Source: Armatimonadota bacterium | GTDB lineage: Bacteria > Armatimonadota > UBA5829 > DTLH01 | Reading direction: 5' to 3' | Assembly (NCBI GenBank): GCA_039680575.1 | Contig: JBDKSP010000077.1 | Location: 1 to 64,000 of the forward strand | DNA length: 64,000 nt | In this document: positions 45,953 through 55,966 of the stretch, one piece after another | Numbering within the stretch: the first letter of the stretch is position 1 | Layout of the letters: each line of letters begins with the position of its first letter | Position numbers and translations under genes: made by a program | Notes under the pieces: generated by a model | Told to the model about the DNA's origin: nothing | The model's input: only the letters and a program-made list of their open reading frames with translations | Database searches by the model: none

Positions 45953-48900
45953 CTCGTAAGGACTACTTCCTCAACCTTGCGTCCATCCGGCAGCACCGAT
46001 ACCCCGTGCTTTCTGAACACGTCGAGGACGCTTCTTCTCTCACTCTCGCTCCCGACAACGATGTGCTCCACGTTATCGAGGAGAGTCACTGAGTACTTGA
46101 GGATGGTCTCGTTGCTCGAGTTGCGGGAGAAGTCCTTCCAGGACCTGGGATCGGAACCACGGTGCTGGACCACATAGTCGTCCTTCACCTTGCCGAAAGC
46201 ATCGTGGTCGTAGCTTATCGCGTCCATTCGCCTAAGGAGCCGCTTCTTGAAGTAGATGCCTGTGTTTCTGTCTCCGCCAGAGACGGGCGACTTCCTGATC
46301 CTGGTGAAGACATAGGTCGCGCCGCCGCTATTCATATCCTCCTCCGGCGACATCCCTCCAGGAGCCACACCAGACCGCAGTTTCTCAACCGTGCTTATCA
46401 TCGCGCCGTTGTTCTCTAACGCCGTATCGATGAAGGAACTCATGGAGTTGCCGTTGGTAAGACTATGGTATAGGGTGTAGCCTTTCATCTCCTTCTCAAG
46501 GTCCGCGTCGGAGAGATCGAAACGATACTGGTGCCGGTAGCCGCCGGCGAGCGACTTGTCCTTGAACCCGAGCTGATACTCACCTACGGGGTCATAACCA
46601 GACATCCGTGTGATGTCGGACACACCAAGCCGCTTCTCCCAGTACGACCGCATCGCCTGGACCCGCTCGGGCTTACTCGCTCCCCGCTGGTCGAGCCCTG
46701 AGAGCATCTGGGCGTAATCATTCTCACGGTCGGCTTTGCTTAGATACGCCTGTTTCGTCAGATACATCAGCTCTGCATCCTCGGAGGTGGCGACGTTCGC
46801 TTTCAGCCCGAGCTTCTCCACGTGCTGAAGCGCCCGGTCCAGGCTCTTCGGATCGGGGCGCTCCGGGACGACCAGCTCAAACTCGCCCTGCTGGGCGTAG
46901 TGGTTCTTGTCAGACCAGGGACGATACACCGCCCGGACACCGTCACCGAAGTCTATCTCATACTGCTCGCCTGCCTTCATCGTGCGGCCCCGGAAAAAGG
47001 ATGTGTTGTTGGCGTCCTCCCGTTCGACCGACAACTCGCCTTTCTTCAGGGCGCGCTTGGTCAAAAGCACCTTGCTCTTGCGGACCGTGAAGTCGACCTT
47101 CGCCTCCTTCTTCTTCGGAGAAGCGTGCTTCTTCAGATACGCCGAGAACATCTCGGGGATCGGCTTTCTCTCCTTTGCAGCCTGCTTAACCTGCTCTATC
47201 CAGCCGATGTAACTCTCTGCCATCTCGCGCACGTCCGGGTCCGCCGACTTCGCAAGCTCTCGAAGAGCGTCCAAGTGCTTTGCGGCTCTATCGATGGTGG
47301 ACTGGTTGTAAGCACCGTCTCCTGCGTGGTGGTTGATGGTCTTCACCGCACCGAGGATATCGTCCGAGAAGGAATCCTCGGGAAGCGTCTGCCCGACCTT
47401 CGTTGCCGTCACCTGCCGATCCGCTTTCCTAAGCTGCGGCAGGATCTTCGACTCTGCTTCGGGTCGGACTTTCATCTTGATCACGGTCCGGGTCTGCCCG
47501 TTCAGAGTTTCCGTGAAGATGAGCGCGTTCTGGTCCTCGATATCGCTCTCGTCAATCGGGAGAGCCTTCCCTTGCCATCCCAGCACCCGTGCCTCCTCGA
47601 TAATCTGCTCCTCTGCCTTCCCAATCCGGTCCACTGCTTGCGGTTCGACTGCATCCTCAAATCGGAAGCCAGGCTTCTTCAGGATGTCCGCATAGAAGCC
47701 CTCGAAGTTGCTTCTCAGGCTGTGCTTCCTTGCGATGGCCAGATCATAGAAGGCCTTCTGCTGTGCCGCATTTCCCTTGAACCTGCCCTCCACATAAGGT
47801 CTAAGTAGCGAGAGGTAATCATCGTCAGATATCCGCTCGACCTCCCGGATGTAACGCAGCGTCACCGAGGGATCGACCTTTACCTTACCCTGCTTTGCCG
47901 CACGGAAGAGGGTGTTGTAGAACGGCTCACTCTCTCCGCAGGCGGCATTCGGGTGGTAGTCTATCGAGAGCTTGTCTGACCCTAAAAACTTGAAAAGCTG
48001 TCCCTTGTCGATGCCATAAACGTGGCCGTCTTTCCCTCTGATGAACTGCTTTGAGTGTCCATCGTGGTTTGAGATGAGCCAGTCGATGACATGCTCCCTC
48101 TGGACCTGGGTGATCTCATCCGCTGAAAGCTCCGCGATATCGAAGCTGGAGAAGTCATACTTCGAGGCAAGGTCGGTGCGCCATTTCTGGATGGAGCCTG
48201 TGCGGCTGTTCAGGCTGATGACTCTGACCTCAATAGCGTCAGGGTCAATGAGCCTGCCGATTTTGTATGCCGCCTCTTCACCTTGGGCGATGAAGTCATC
48301 ACTGGTCTTTCCGAGCGGCTTGAACATCCACTTCTCGCCGGCCTCATCGATCCAGAACTCTTTCTCATGCGCGCCGCCGACACTTGCCTTGCCGTCAAAC
48401 TTGAACTGCTCAGGCTTACCGGTGGCTCCCCAGGCGACGTCCACTGACTCGAACTCCGAACCCTTCTTCGCAAATGTGTTCGAAGAGGCGACCGTGACAG
48501 GTTGCTGGATGGGCTGTGCTGGCTGAGGCTTGGGTTTGGCGGGTGCTGCAGTCGGCGTCTTCGCCAGGTGCTTCTCGGCCCATTTCGCGTGCTTTGCCTC
48601 AATACCGTCTGTAGCTTTCGAGACCTTTGCCTGGTCGGTCTCCGTGAAGACAGCCACCAACTCATCCTTTGACGCCCACTGCCAGTGCTTGACCTTCGTC
48701 TCTTTCGCCAGCGACTTCAGGTCTCCGACTTTCATCGCCGATATCTGCTGCTGGAACGCGAGCTTCTTTAGCGCGACTTCTTTCGCGTGCGCCTCAAGGA
48801 CAGATGCAGGAAGTCCGGAGCCCTTGGCTAGTTCCGTTTCAGCCGATTTCACCGAATCTAGGAAACCGGAGTAGCTGGAAGGCGATGATGGCAGCACGAC

Positions 48901-50541
48901 CTGTGCCGTGGCATCCTTCAGTGCTTGCTCGGCCTTCTTCAGGGCCTGCTGTTTCGCCGCATCAAGAGCCTGCTGCTTTGCCTGCTCGGCCATCTGCTGA
49001 CCGGCGGACTTCTGAAGCGCCTTGACGAGCTGCTCCTTGTTTTTGAGGGGTGGAATCCCGAACTTGGTCTTAGCAGCGATGAGAGTCTTGCCGGAATAGT
49101 TGTAGTGATCGATGTGCGGCTCAAGCGCGTCCAGCATCTCGATCACCTCGCTCTTTGTGAGGTTCAACGACACCCCGTGCTGCTTCGCAATATCCTTCAG
49201 CTGGACCATCGTAAGACCCGACAGGTCCGCCTGAGGCGATGCTGCCTTTGCCGCTTCCTCCAAGAGCTTCGCCTGCTTTACCGCCGCTTGTTTATCAGCC
49301 AGAAGCTTCGCCAGATCGTCCTTGCTTCGGAGGGCCGCGATGTTGTACTGCTTGACCTTGGACATGAGGGCAGATCCGGAGAGATCCATGTGATGGACAC
49401 CCGGCTCCGCCGCGTCGAGGAGCTTTATGAAGTCCGCCTTGGTGCGTGCGATGGAGATGCCGTTCTGCTTGGCGAGCGTCTGGAGCTGCTTTACCGTGAG
49501 CGCTGAGAGGTCCGAGATCTGACCCGACTCAAACGCGTCCTTGAGCTTCTTCTCTTCCTCGGCCTTCTGCTTGGCCTCTGCATCAATTGCCTGTGGCGGA
49601 AGGATACACGCTTTGGTTTCGCTGGCTGCACTAGCTCCCAGTTCGCCGCCACAGATGACCAACGGCCACGCGACGACGCTCGTGCATCGGCAGTTGGGAT
49701 GCGCCGGCTGACTGGGGAAGTGGTCGGTGTCAAAAACCTTGCCGTCAAGACCACCGCAGACCGGGCAGGTCCGCTCATCCTCCATCGTCAGCCACTCGAG
49801 CCTCGAGACTCCGACTTGGCTGTGGAACTTGATGCGGCCCTGGTTGTGCGCGCGGAGCACTTCCGTCCGGGCAATCATCTCCATCCGGTACTGCGCCTTC
49901 GTGAACACCTTGCTCCCGGCGTGGCGGAAACTCTCCTTGTCCTCGATCACGATCCCCATTTCCCGGACGATGTCCCGGACGCTCTTTCCGCTCGTTATCC
50001 CGGAGAGGATGGTCCGCTTGATGCCGGAGGCAAGTTCCGTGTGCACGTCCCCGAGAAGCACAAGGTTGTAGTTTGCCATGAAGTCGAGCGCGTCGGTGTC
50101 GATAAGCGTGAAGACTGATGTGGTGAGCTTATCGATTCCCTGTGGTGTGAGATCCTTGTAGAATGGCATCTGCGCCGATGCGAACTCTTCGATGCCTCGA
50201 TAGACGCCGGAGCGGAATGATGCTTGCCCAGCCTTCCTGAACATCAGGCTCTGCTCCCGCTTAAGCGCCTTCATCGCCTCCGCAATCTCGGCGTCCAGCT
50301 TCTCCAGACTATTCACCACCGCAAGTTTGTTCTCGGGAAGCGACCCAACGCTGCCATAGCCCAGAAGTGCCTTATGGACCTGATCCTGTGCGGACTTGAG
50401 CCCCCCGGTAAGCTGGAACACGACCTGTTCTGCGTACAGGTCCCGAGCCATCAGGCTCTTGTCCGTGGCTTCTCGTATTGCCTGGGCCTGCGCGGTGGTG
50501 TCGGCAATCGCACACATCATCGGTGTGGCGTCTGCGGTCAC
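45949..50541 (-). CDS. Long MuF (SPP1 gp7-like) minor head protein with kinase-like and ART-like C-terminal domains
   Basis: GTG 50541 overlaps the portal stop; IARTE..DERTCPVC..PAHPNCRC; three LTxxQLxxxAK repeats; WMFKP..EEAAY..DWLISNHDGH..IDKG; YH..YVFTR..NE. Confidence 0.8.
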   Translation of the reverse strand: MTADATPMMCAIADTTAQAQAIREATDKSLMARDLYAEQVVFQLTGGLKSAQDQVHKALLGYGSVGSLPENKLAVVNSLEKLDAEIAEAMKALKREQSLMFRKAGQASFRSGVYRGIEEFASAQMPFYKDLTPQGIDKLTTSVFTLIDTDALDFMANYNLVLLGDVHTELASGIKRTILSGITSGKSVRDIVREMGIVIEDKESFRHAGSKVFTKAQYRMEMIARTEVLRAHNQGRIKFHSQVGVSRLEWLTMEDERTCPVCGGLDGKVFDTDHFPSQPAHPNCRCTSVVAWPLVICGGELGASAASETKACILPPQAIDAEAKQKAEEEKKLKDAFESGQISDLSALTVKQLQTLAKQNGISIARTKADFIKLLDAAEPGVHHMDLSGSALMSKVKQYNIAALRSKDDLAKLLADKQAAVKQAKLLEEAAKAASPQADLSGLTMVQLKDIAKQHGVSLNLTKSEVIEMLDALEPHIDHYNYSGKTLIAAKTKFGIPPLKNKEQLVKALQKSAGQQMAEQAKQQALDAAKQQALKKAEQALKDATAQVVLPSSPSSYSGFLDSVKSAETELAKGSGLPASVLEAHAKEVALKKLAFQQQISAMKVGDLKSLAKETKVKHWQWASKDELVAVFTETDQAKVSKATDGIEAKHAKWAEKHLAKTPTAAPAKPKPQPAQPIQQPVTVASSNTFAKKGSEFESVDVAWGATGKPEQFKFDGKASVGGAHEKEFWIDEAGEKWMFKPLGKTSDDFIAQGEEAAYKIGRLIDPDAIEVRVISLNSRTGSIQKWRTDLASKYDFSSFDIAELSADEITQVQREHVIDWLISNHDGHSKQFIRGKDGHVYGIDKGQLFKFLGSDKLSIDYHPNAACGESEPFYNTLFRAAKQGKVKVDPSVTLRYIREVERISDDDYLSLLRPYVEGRFKGNAAQQKAFYDLAIARKHSLRSNFEGFYADILKKPGFRFEDAVEPQAVDRIGKAEEQIIEEARVLGWQGKALPIDESDIEDQNALIFTETLNGQTRTVIKMKVRPEAESKILPQLRKADRQVTATKVGQTLPEDSFSDDILGAVKTINHHAGDGAYNQSTIDRAAKHLDALRELAKSADPDVREMAESYIGWIEQVKQAAKERKPIPEMFSAYLKKHASPKKKEAKVDFTVRKSKVLLTKRALKKGELSVEREDANNTSFFRGRTMKAGEQYEIDFGDGVRAVYRPWSDKNHYAQQGEFELVVPERPDPKSLDRALQHVEKLGLKANVATSEDAELMYLTKQAYLSKADRENDYAQMLSGLDQRGASKPERVQAMRSYWEKRLGVSDITRMSGYDPVGEYQLGFKDKSLAGGYRHQYRFDLSDADLEKEMKGYTLYHSLTNGNSMSSFIDTALENNGAMISTVEKLRSGVAPGGMSPEEDMNSGGATYVFTRIRKSPVSGGDRNTGIYFKKRLLRRMDAISYDHDAFGKVKDDYVVQHRGSDPRSWKDFSRNSSNETILKYSVTLLDNVEHIVVGSESERRSVLDVFRKHGVSVLPDGRKVEEVVLTR

Positions 50542-52025
50542 TCGACCCTCCCGCGCCTGATGAACCTGCATGCCGGACTGTCGAAGGTGACATCGGCCCC
50601 GGTAACGCCGCACTTGTTCCTGTCGCCCTCGAAGAAACCGCAGGTGTCACATACCTCGTCAGCGTAAGCTGAAGCCTGTGAGGAAGGCCGGTTCTTCGCG
50701 GGATCGAGTCCGAGCATTTCCTGAGCTGCCTCGATGCTCATTATGCCGGCGACGACCATATCGACGATTGGTTTCACCTGCTTCTCATCGAGGATGTCCA
50801 CGGACTTCTCTTCGCTCTCCCGGTTAGCCTCCTCGATGTCCGGGTCGAGGTCCATCTTAATCTGAAGGCTGGACCGGCTGATGAGCTTCCTGTCGTAGAG
50901 CTCAATCAAGAGCTTCTTTACGTCCACTGCGTCCGTCGGGTCAAGGTCGTTGAAGACAAACTGAACGTTCTTCCCGGAGTGACCTGATAACTCTAGCCAG
51001 TCGCAGTAGATCCAGTCGAGGATTGTTCGTGCCGCGTGCTTTATCTCCCGGATCATGATGATCATCTTCTGCATAGAGACAGAGGCTGTTGCGAAGTTGG
51101 GACCATCTCCCGCGACAAGAGAGCGGGACAGTCCGAGCGCGATCACGATGTCTTCCTTGACCTCCTTTACCTTGTCCTCGACATTCAGGACCTGTCCTTC
51201 GGTGCCGTGGGTCTCCACCGTCACGTAGAAAGGAACGACCAGGCCGCTTTTCAGGTCCATCTTGTTCACCATGTCGCGGACGCTCTCAAGCATCTTCTGG
51301 TCGGGCATCACCATCTTGGCTCCGTATGCCCCTCCCACCTTTAACAGCCGAAAGGGCGTCGCCCAGCGCTTGGCTATCGCCTTTTCTGCCCGCCGATAGT
51401 CACGCAGGAGTTCGATTGACTCGAAGGCGGGAAGGACGAGCGAGTTGCCGCGCGGAGAGAACTCAGGTGCATCCCATTTCAGGTGTATGGTCTGCTCGAC
51501 CGGAAGTTCGAGCCCTTCTCCGGCTGCAGGTGTATCCTCGGGATACTGCCTTACCTCGATAAGCTCTCCGTGAGCATACTTGACTTTGATAGAGACGGGG
51601 TTTACGCAGGTGAGGTCTTCGATGCCCTTGCCGTCTTTCGTGAAGCGTTTGAACCCAACGCAGTCGCCCTTAACAAGTAGCTGGAGGATCATATCCTTCA
51701 CGAACTCAGAGACACCCAACCGGTCGGCAAGCGTGTTCGCTTCTTCCTTCACTCCCTCATCGTCACTCGTGATCTTTATCTCGTCCCCCACAGCGAACGT
51801 CCGCCAGGAGTTGATGCAGTTCTTGACGAGCGGCTCCTCGACGTAATACTCCCACGCACGCCTTGCCCGGTCTTCCCATGACTCGGGAATAGCGCAGGTG
51901 GCATGAAGACTGCCAAATGCCGATGAGTCGAGGGCAGCGGCAGTTGCCATTGGGGAGACCACTACTGCGTATGCATGGTTCTCCTCAGATGAGAACCCTT
52001 GAGCTTCCATGTTATTGCTGTCCAA
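50538..52025 (-). CDS. Portal protein
   Basis: Directly after terL; EPLVKNCI, HLK..PRG.S, NFATA. Confidence 0.85.
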   Translation of the reverse strand: MDSNNMEAQGFSSEENHAYAVVVSPMATAAALDSSAFGSLHATCAIPESWEDRARRAWEYYVEEPLVKNCINSWRTFAVGDEIKITSDDEGVKEEANTLADRLGVSEFVKDMILQLLVKGDCVGFKRFTKDGKGIEDLTCVNPVSIKVKYAHGELIEVRQYPEDTPAAGEGLELPVEQTIHLKWDAPEFSPRGNSLVLPAFESIELLRDYRRAEKAIAKRWATPFRLLKVGGAYGAKMVMPDQKMLESVRDMVNKMDLKSGLVVPFYVTVETHGTEGQVLNVEDKVKEVKEDIVIALGLSRSLVAGDGPNFATASVSMQKMIIMIREIKHAARTILDWIYCDWLELSGHSGKNVQFVFNDLDPTDAVDVKKLLIELYDRKLISRSSLQIKMDLDPDIEEANRESEEKSVDILDEKQVKPIVDMVVAGIMSIEAAQEMLGLDPAKNRPSSQASAYADEVCDTCGFFEGDRNKCGVTGADVTFDSPACRFIRRGRVE

Positions 52026-52155
52026 TCCATTCCTCCGATTGCGGTAAGCTTAGCGTTTGTTCGCGCCACGTCGCCGAACGTAGCGCGGAAGCGTCTCTCT
52101 TCGATAGATGAGCCGGACGCCTGTTCTTGTCGCGACACAGGCGGCTTGGCGCGCA

Positions 52156-53682
52156 TCAGATGAAGACAGGGTTTGTGAGGACCGGCATCACTGAAACCGT
52201 CTCCTCACTGACAGAATCTAGCGTCCCCTGTTCGTGGGAGAGCATTGCGCAGCGGACCGCATCGACGATGTGGTCGTTGCCCTTCGAGTAGATGATGTTC
52301 CCGTTTGAGAGCGTATAGGTGTGAGTCGTGAACTGGTCCTCCACCTCAGAGTCCTCTGCCGGGAGTATCATCTGCCGTCTCTGGAGCGCGCCATTGATGA
52401 GGCTAGTCATAAGCTCCTTGGTGCGCTTCCGGATCTCCCGGCCGTCCCGGATGGCAAGGGTTGTCATGCCGCCGAAGTCGAAGCCTTTGAGCCTCCCCTC
52501 AAGCTGCAGTAGTCGATACTTGTCGAGCATGAGGAGTTCCTGCACAACCGCCAAGCCGTTCCCGCCGTTATCGACGCCGATTCCGACCGGCGTGAAGTAC
52601 CGCTCAAGGAGCGCGATGGTCTGGGCGATGTGCGGATACGAGACGTGCTCCATATGGATCCGGAGCACCATACTCATAACCGACCGATCTCCCGCCTCAG
52701 ACTCTCGGAAGACCACGATCTCCGTAGGGTCGTTCGTGTAACCAAGGTCTCCGCCGATCCAGAACACTCCTGTCTGCGGCACGAGATTAAGGAGCATCTC
52801 CAGTCGGTCGTAGGATTCTTCTTCGGTCTCGCACGAGCTTAGGTCTTCACCAAGGATCGTGACCTTGCGATATTCCAGAACCTCCTGCCGGCAGATGTTC
52901 AGGTTCTCCATGCTGAACGCGCCGTATGAGGGCTTGCCGTGTTCGCCCGCGACCTCGTGCTGCCATCCGGCTGTATCCCTGCCTCCGTAGAACTCCAATA
53001 GCTCCTGTTCGCGAGCCTCGTCCCAGTTGGGGTTGAGCCAGGACGGCCAGCGGAACACCTTGAACTGGGAAGAGCTCGTAAGCCGGTAGTAAGTCGTGTC
53101 CCGAAGGCCGTTTGGTGTGGAGTAGATACGGAGCTTGCCGCCCGCCTTTAGGCATTGTCTGAGCGCCTTCCATGCCTTCTCCGAAAGCCACGCGCCTTCG
53201 TCAACCCATACGCGCTCTACGTGCAGCGACCGGAAGGCATCTCCGTAAGCGCCTGCGGGCCGGAAATAGAGGACGCTTCCGTTCGTGAACTCCAGCCTGA
53301 AGTAAGGCTTTCGATATATCTTGGGCTTGCTGTACTTGGTGATCGCAATGCTTCCCATAAGGTCAGGGTTCGCATCAAGCTGAAACTCTATCTCCTCGAT
53401 AAGCGTGTCGAGATGTCCCTGGTGGGGTGCTGCGACGAGCCCTTGGCCACCGCGAGTCGTGAAGGCGAAGTGCAGAGCGTCTGTCGTAAGCGATATCGAC
53501 TTGCCCGAATCCCTCCCGTCGAGGTGGATGATGTTCCTCTCCTCACACTGGAGGTCCTCCACCTGGTGCGGCCAGTACCCGCGGGAAGAGCCGTCCCGGT
53601 TCCTAAGATAGCTCTGGCCCCAGAGGATCGGGTCCCGAAGGGACATCCCCAGTCGCTCTTCTTCCTGTGTTACCTGACTCAA
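52156..53682 (-). CDS. terL: Terminase large subunit
   Basis: RBS AAGGAG then TTG 53682; GRDSGKS, VWVDEG, STP, GGDLG, DHIVDA. Confidence 0.9.
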   Translation of the reverse strand: MSQVTQEEERLGMSLRDPILWGQSYLRNRDGSSRGYWPHQVEDLQCEERNIIHLDGRDSGKSISLTTDALHFAFTTRGGQGLVAAPHQGHLDTLIEEIEFQLDANPDLMGSIAITKYSKPKIYRKPYFRLEFTNGSVLYFRPAGAYGDAFRSLHVERVWVDEGAWLSEKAWKALRQCLKAGGKLRIYSTPNGLRDTTYYRLTSSSQFKVFRWPSWLNPNWDEAREQELLEFYGGRDTAGWQHEVAGEHGKPSYGAFSMENLNICRQEVLEYRKVTILGEDLSSCETEEESYDRLEMLLNLVPQTGVFWIGGDLGYTNDPTEIVVFRESEAGDRSVMSMVLRIHMEHVSYPHIAQTIALLERYFTPVGIGVDNGGNGLAVVQELLMLDKYRLLQLEGRLKGFDFGGMTTLAIRDGREIRKRTKELMTSLINGALQRRQMILPAEDSEVEDQFTTHTYTLSNGNIIYSKGNDHIVDAVRCAMLSHEQGTLDSVSEETVSVMPVLTNPVFI

Positions 53683-53791
53683 ACTTTTCTCCTTCACTTT
53701 GATGCACATCTGGGCACGTATGAGACTTGACTTCATATGCCGATAAGAGCGTGAATGTGACTCACACAAACCACACCAGGAGGTAACTCAC

Positions 53792-54178
53792 ATGGCAGAT
53801 AAGACTCTGCAAGACGCCCTTCAGGAATACCTGGACCACCTGAAAGATCAGGGCAAGAGCGAAAGCACGCTCTACACCTATAACAAGGATGCCGAACAGA
53901 TCGTCTCGTTCTTCGGAGCGGACAAGAAGCTCACATCGATCCTCATCCCGCACGTCTCGGGGTTCCTCAAGTCAGATGCGCTCCTCAAGCTCCCGAGTGG
54001 GAAAGACCGCTCCGAGCCAACGGTCCGGAAAACCATCCGGGTATTCCGGATGTTTCTCGTCTGGGCTCTCGAGCAGGGCTACATCACCAATCTACCACTC
54101 CCAAAGGAGATGCCGATGGGAAGAAGCTCCACTACCAGATCGGAGGCAGACGATGCAGACAACGCTTCGGCTGTTTGA
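53792..54178 (+). CDS. Standalone integrase SAM-like N-terminal-domain protein
   Basis: YLDHL...GKSESTLYTY..D, T.RK.IRVFRMFLVWA; strong RBS. Confidence 0.75.
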   Translation: MADKTLQDALQEYLDHLKDQGKSESTLYTYNKDAEQIVSFFGADKKLTSILIPHVSGFLKSDALLKLPSGKDRSEPTVRKTIRVFRMFLVWALEQGYITNLPLPKEMPMGRSSTTRSEADDADNASAV

Positions 54179-55070
54179 GCCGGCTGATGACATTCAATCC
54201 CAGGTAGCAGGCTTTGCGGTAAGGCTCCAGGCGCAGGGTAGCTCGGAGCACACCATCTCCGCTTATCTACGCGACCTCACATGCTTCACACAGGCGCTTC
54301 CTGCCGTCACCATCCACGATATCACCCCGGCGATGATCGACGCGGCACTCACGGATCCTGCGGTTGCCACGTCGAGCGATGGCAGGCAGAAGTCCCCGGC
54401 TACAATGCATCGCATGAAGGCTGTCGTCCGGTCCTTCTTTGTCTGGGCAACCGAAAGCGGTCTCATCGACTCCAGCCCGGCCTCGTCGGTGACCACAAAA
54501 CGCCTCTCGCGCAAGCCCCCGGAGTTCCTGACCGAATCCGAGAAGCGCAAGCTCCTCAAAGAACTCCACGACCGGTCGAACCCGCTTGCCCGACGCGACC
54601 GTGTTATCTTCGAGCTCTTCCTCGGGACCGGCATCCGACTTGCCGAACTGGTAAACTTGGACATAGAGGATGTCGATCTCGACGGAAAACACATCCGCAT
54701 CATGGGCAAGGGTAACGTCCCGCAGGTCAAGTTCCTGAAGACGACTCTCAGGATGCTGCTGAGGGATTACCTCAAGGAACGCCGTCGGCTCACAACCGGA
54801 AGCTATCGCGCGCTCTTCGTCTCCTCTCGCAGCACTAGACTTTGTGATAGGCAGATCGCAGAGCGCCTGAAGCACTGGCTGGACAAAGCCGGCATCAGGA
54901 AAAACATCTCGCCTCACGGACTCCGGCACACGTTTGCGACCCACCTCTACGCGAGCACCTCTGACCTGCTCCTCGTGAAGCGCGCACTCGGACACCGAGA
55001 CATCTCGACGACCGAAATCTACACTCACCTTGCCGACGAGGTGCTGGAGGATGCACTCGAACGCATCTGA
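54153..55070 (+). CDS. XerC/D-like tyrosine recombinase
   Basis: TGIRLAEL, GKG, HGLRHTFATHL, LGH..STTEIYTH; ATG 54153 after GGAGG. Confidence 0.92.
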   Translation: MQTTLRLFEPADDIQSQVAGFAVRLQAQGSSEHTISAYLRDLTCFTQALPAVTIHDITPAMIDAALTDPAVATSSDGRQKSPATMHRMKAVVRSFFVWATESGLIDSSPASSVTTKRLSRKPPEFLTESEKRKLLKELHDRSNPLARRDRVIFELFLGTGIRLAELVNLDIEDVDLDGKHIRIMGKGNVPQVKFLKTTLRMLLRDYLKERRRLTTGSYRALFVSSRSTRLCDRQIAERLKHWLDKAGIRKNISPHGLRHTFATHLYASTSDLLLVKRALGHRDISTTEIYTHLADEVLEDALERI

Positions 55071-55078
55071 CGAGTCGT

Positions 55079-55111
55079 TTGACATGAGAGATAGTTGGTG
55101 ATACATTGTAT
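55079..55111 (+). promoter_or_regulatory. Sigma70 promoter and palindromic operator of the TA operon
   Basis: TTGACA-17-TACATT with extended TG; ATACA-T-TGTAT palindrome over the -10. Confidence 0.7.
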
Positions 55112-55142
55112 GTACGGAATAACCTGTTGAAGGAGCCTGACT

Positions 55143-55370
55143 ATGATTAAGAAACTCACCAAACACGGCAACAGCATGGCACTGGTCATTGAGCGCAGTG
55201 TGCTCGATCTGCTGAAGATTGATACCGACACTCCGGTTGAAGTCACGACCGACGGAAGTGTGCTCATAATCACGCCGGTACGGGATGAAGCCCACGCAGC
55301 TAAGTTCAAGGAAGCCCTTGAGAAGACGAACCGCAAGTATGGGCGTGCCCTGAAGAACCTGGCGGACTAA
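55143..55370 (+). CDS. AbrB/MazE-family antitoxin
   Basis: KLTKHGNSMALVI swapped-hairpin motif; directly before the toxin. Confidence 0.9.
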   Translation: MIKKLTKHGNSMALVIERSVLDLLKIDTDTPVEVTTDGSVLIITPVRDEAHAAKFKEALEKTNRKYGRALKNLAD

Positions 55371-55760
55371 ATGGCTGATATAGAGTTTCTCGGTCTTGAT
55401 GAGGTTCTCGAAATCCATCGAGACCAGATCGAGCGCTACGGTGGATCGGCTGGCATACGAGACATGGGACTCTTGCAGTCCGCGGTCGCAATGCCTGCTG
55501 CCGGGTTCGGCGAGCGATATCTGCACGAAGACATGTCCGAGATGGCTGCGGCGTACCTGTTTCACATCACGCAGAACCATCCATTTGTGGATGGTAACAA
55601 GCGAACTGGAGCCGTTGCAGCAATCGTCTTCCTTGAGATCAACGGCGTTGAACTGAACGCTGACGAGGACGAACTGGAGACCCTTGTCCGTAGTGTGGCA
55701 ACGGGACAATCGGACAAGGTTGCCGTCGCCGTGTTCTTCAGACACAACTGCCGCAAGTAA
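55371..55760 (+). CDS. doc: Doc (death-on-curing) family toxin
   Basis: HPFVDGNKRTG Doc-type Fic motif. Confidence 0.92.
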   Translation: MADIEFLGLDEVLEIHRDQIERYGGSAGIRDMGLLQSAVAMPAAGFGERYLHEDMSEMAAAYLFHITQNHPFVDGNKRTGAVAAIVFLEINGVELNADEDELETLVRSVATGQSDKVAVAVFFRHNCRK

Positions 55761-55864
55761 TGTGAGACGCAACCAACAGCCGGGGAGAGGAACACACAGA
55801 AGCTTCTCCTCGGCTTCCATTTGCCCCAGCCATTGTTCCGCCAAGCCATTTGCACCTGCAGACA

Positions 55865-55892
55865 AGTTCCGAGAACACGTCTTATCCGAACT
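55865..55892. other. dif/lox-like 11-6-11 recombination site candidate
   Basis: AGTTCCGAGAA-CACGTC-TTATCCGAACT; extra exact copy of the right arm at 55957-55967. Confidence 0.55.
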
Positions 55893-55966
55893 CCGTCCGT
55901 CAATCGAACTGAAAGCCACGCGTGAATTTGGCCGAGCCGTCACGGCAGCGCCGGTGTTATCCGAAC

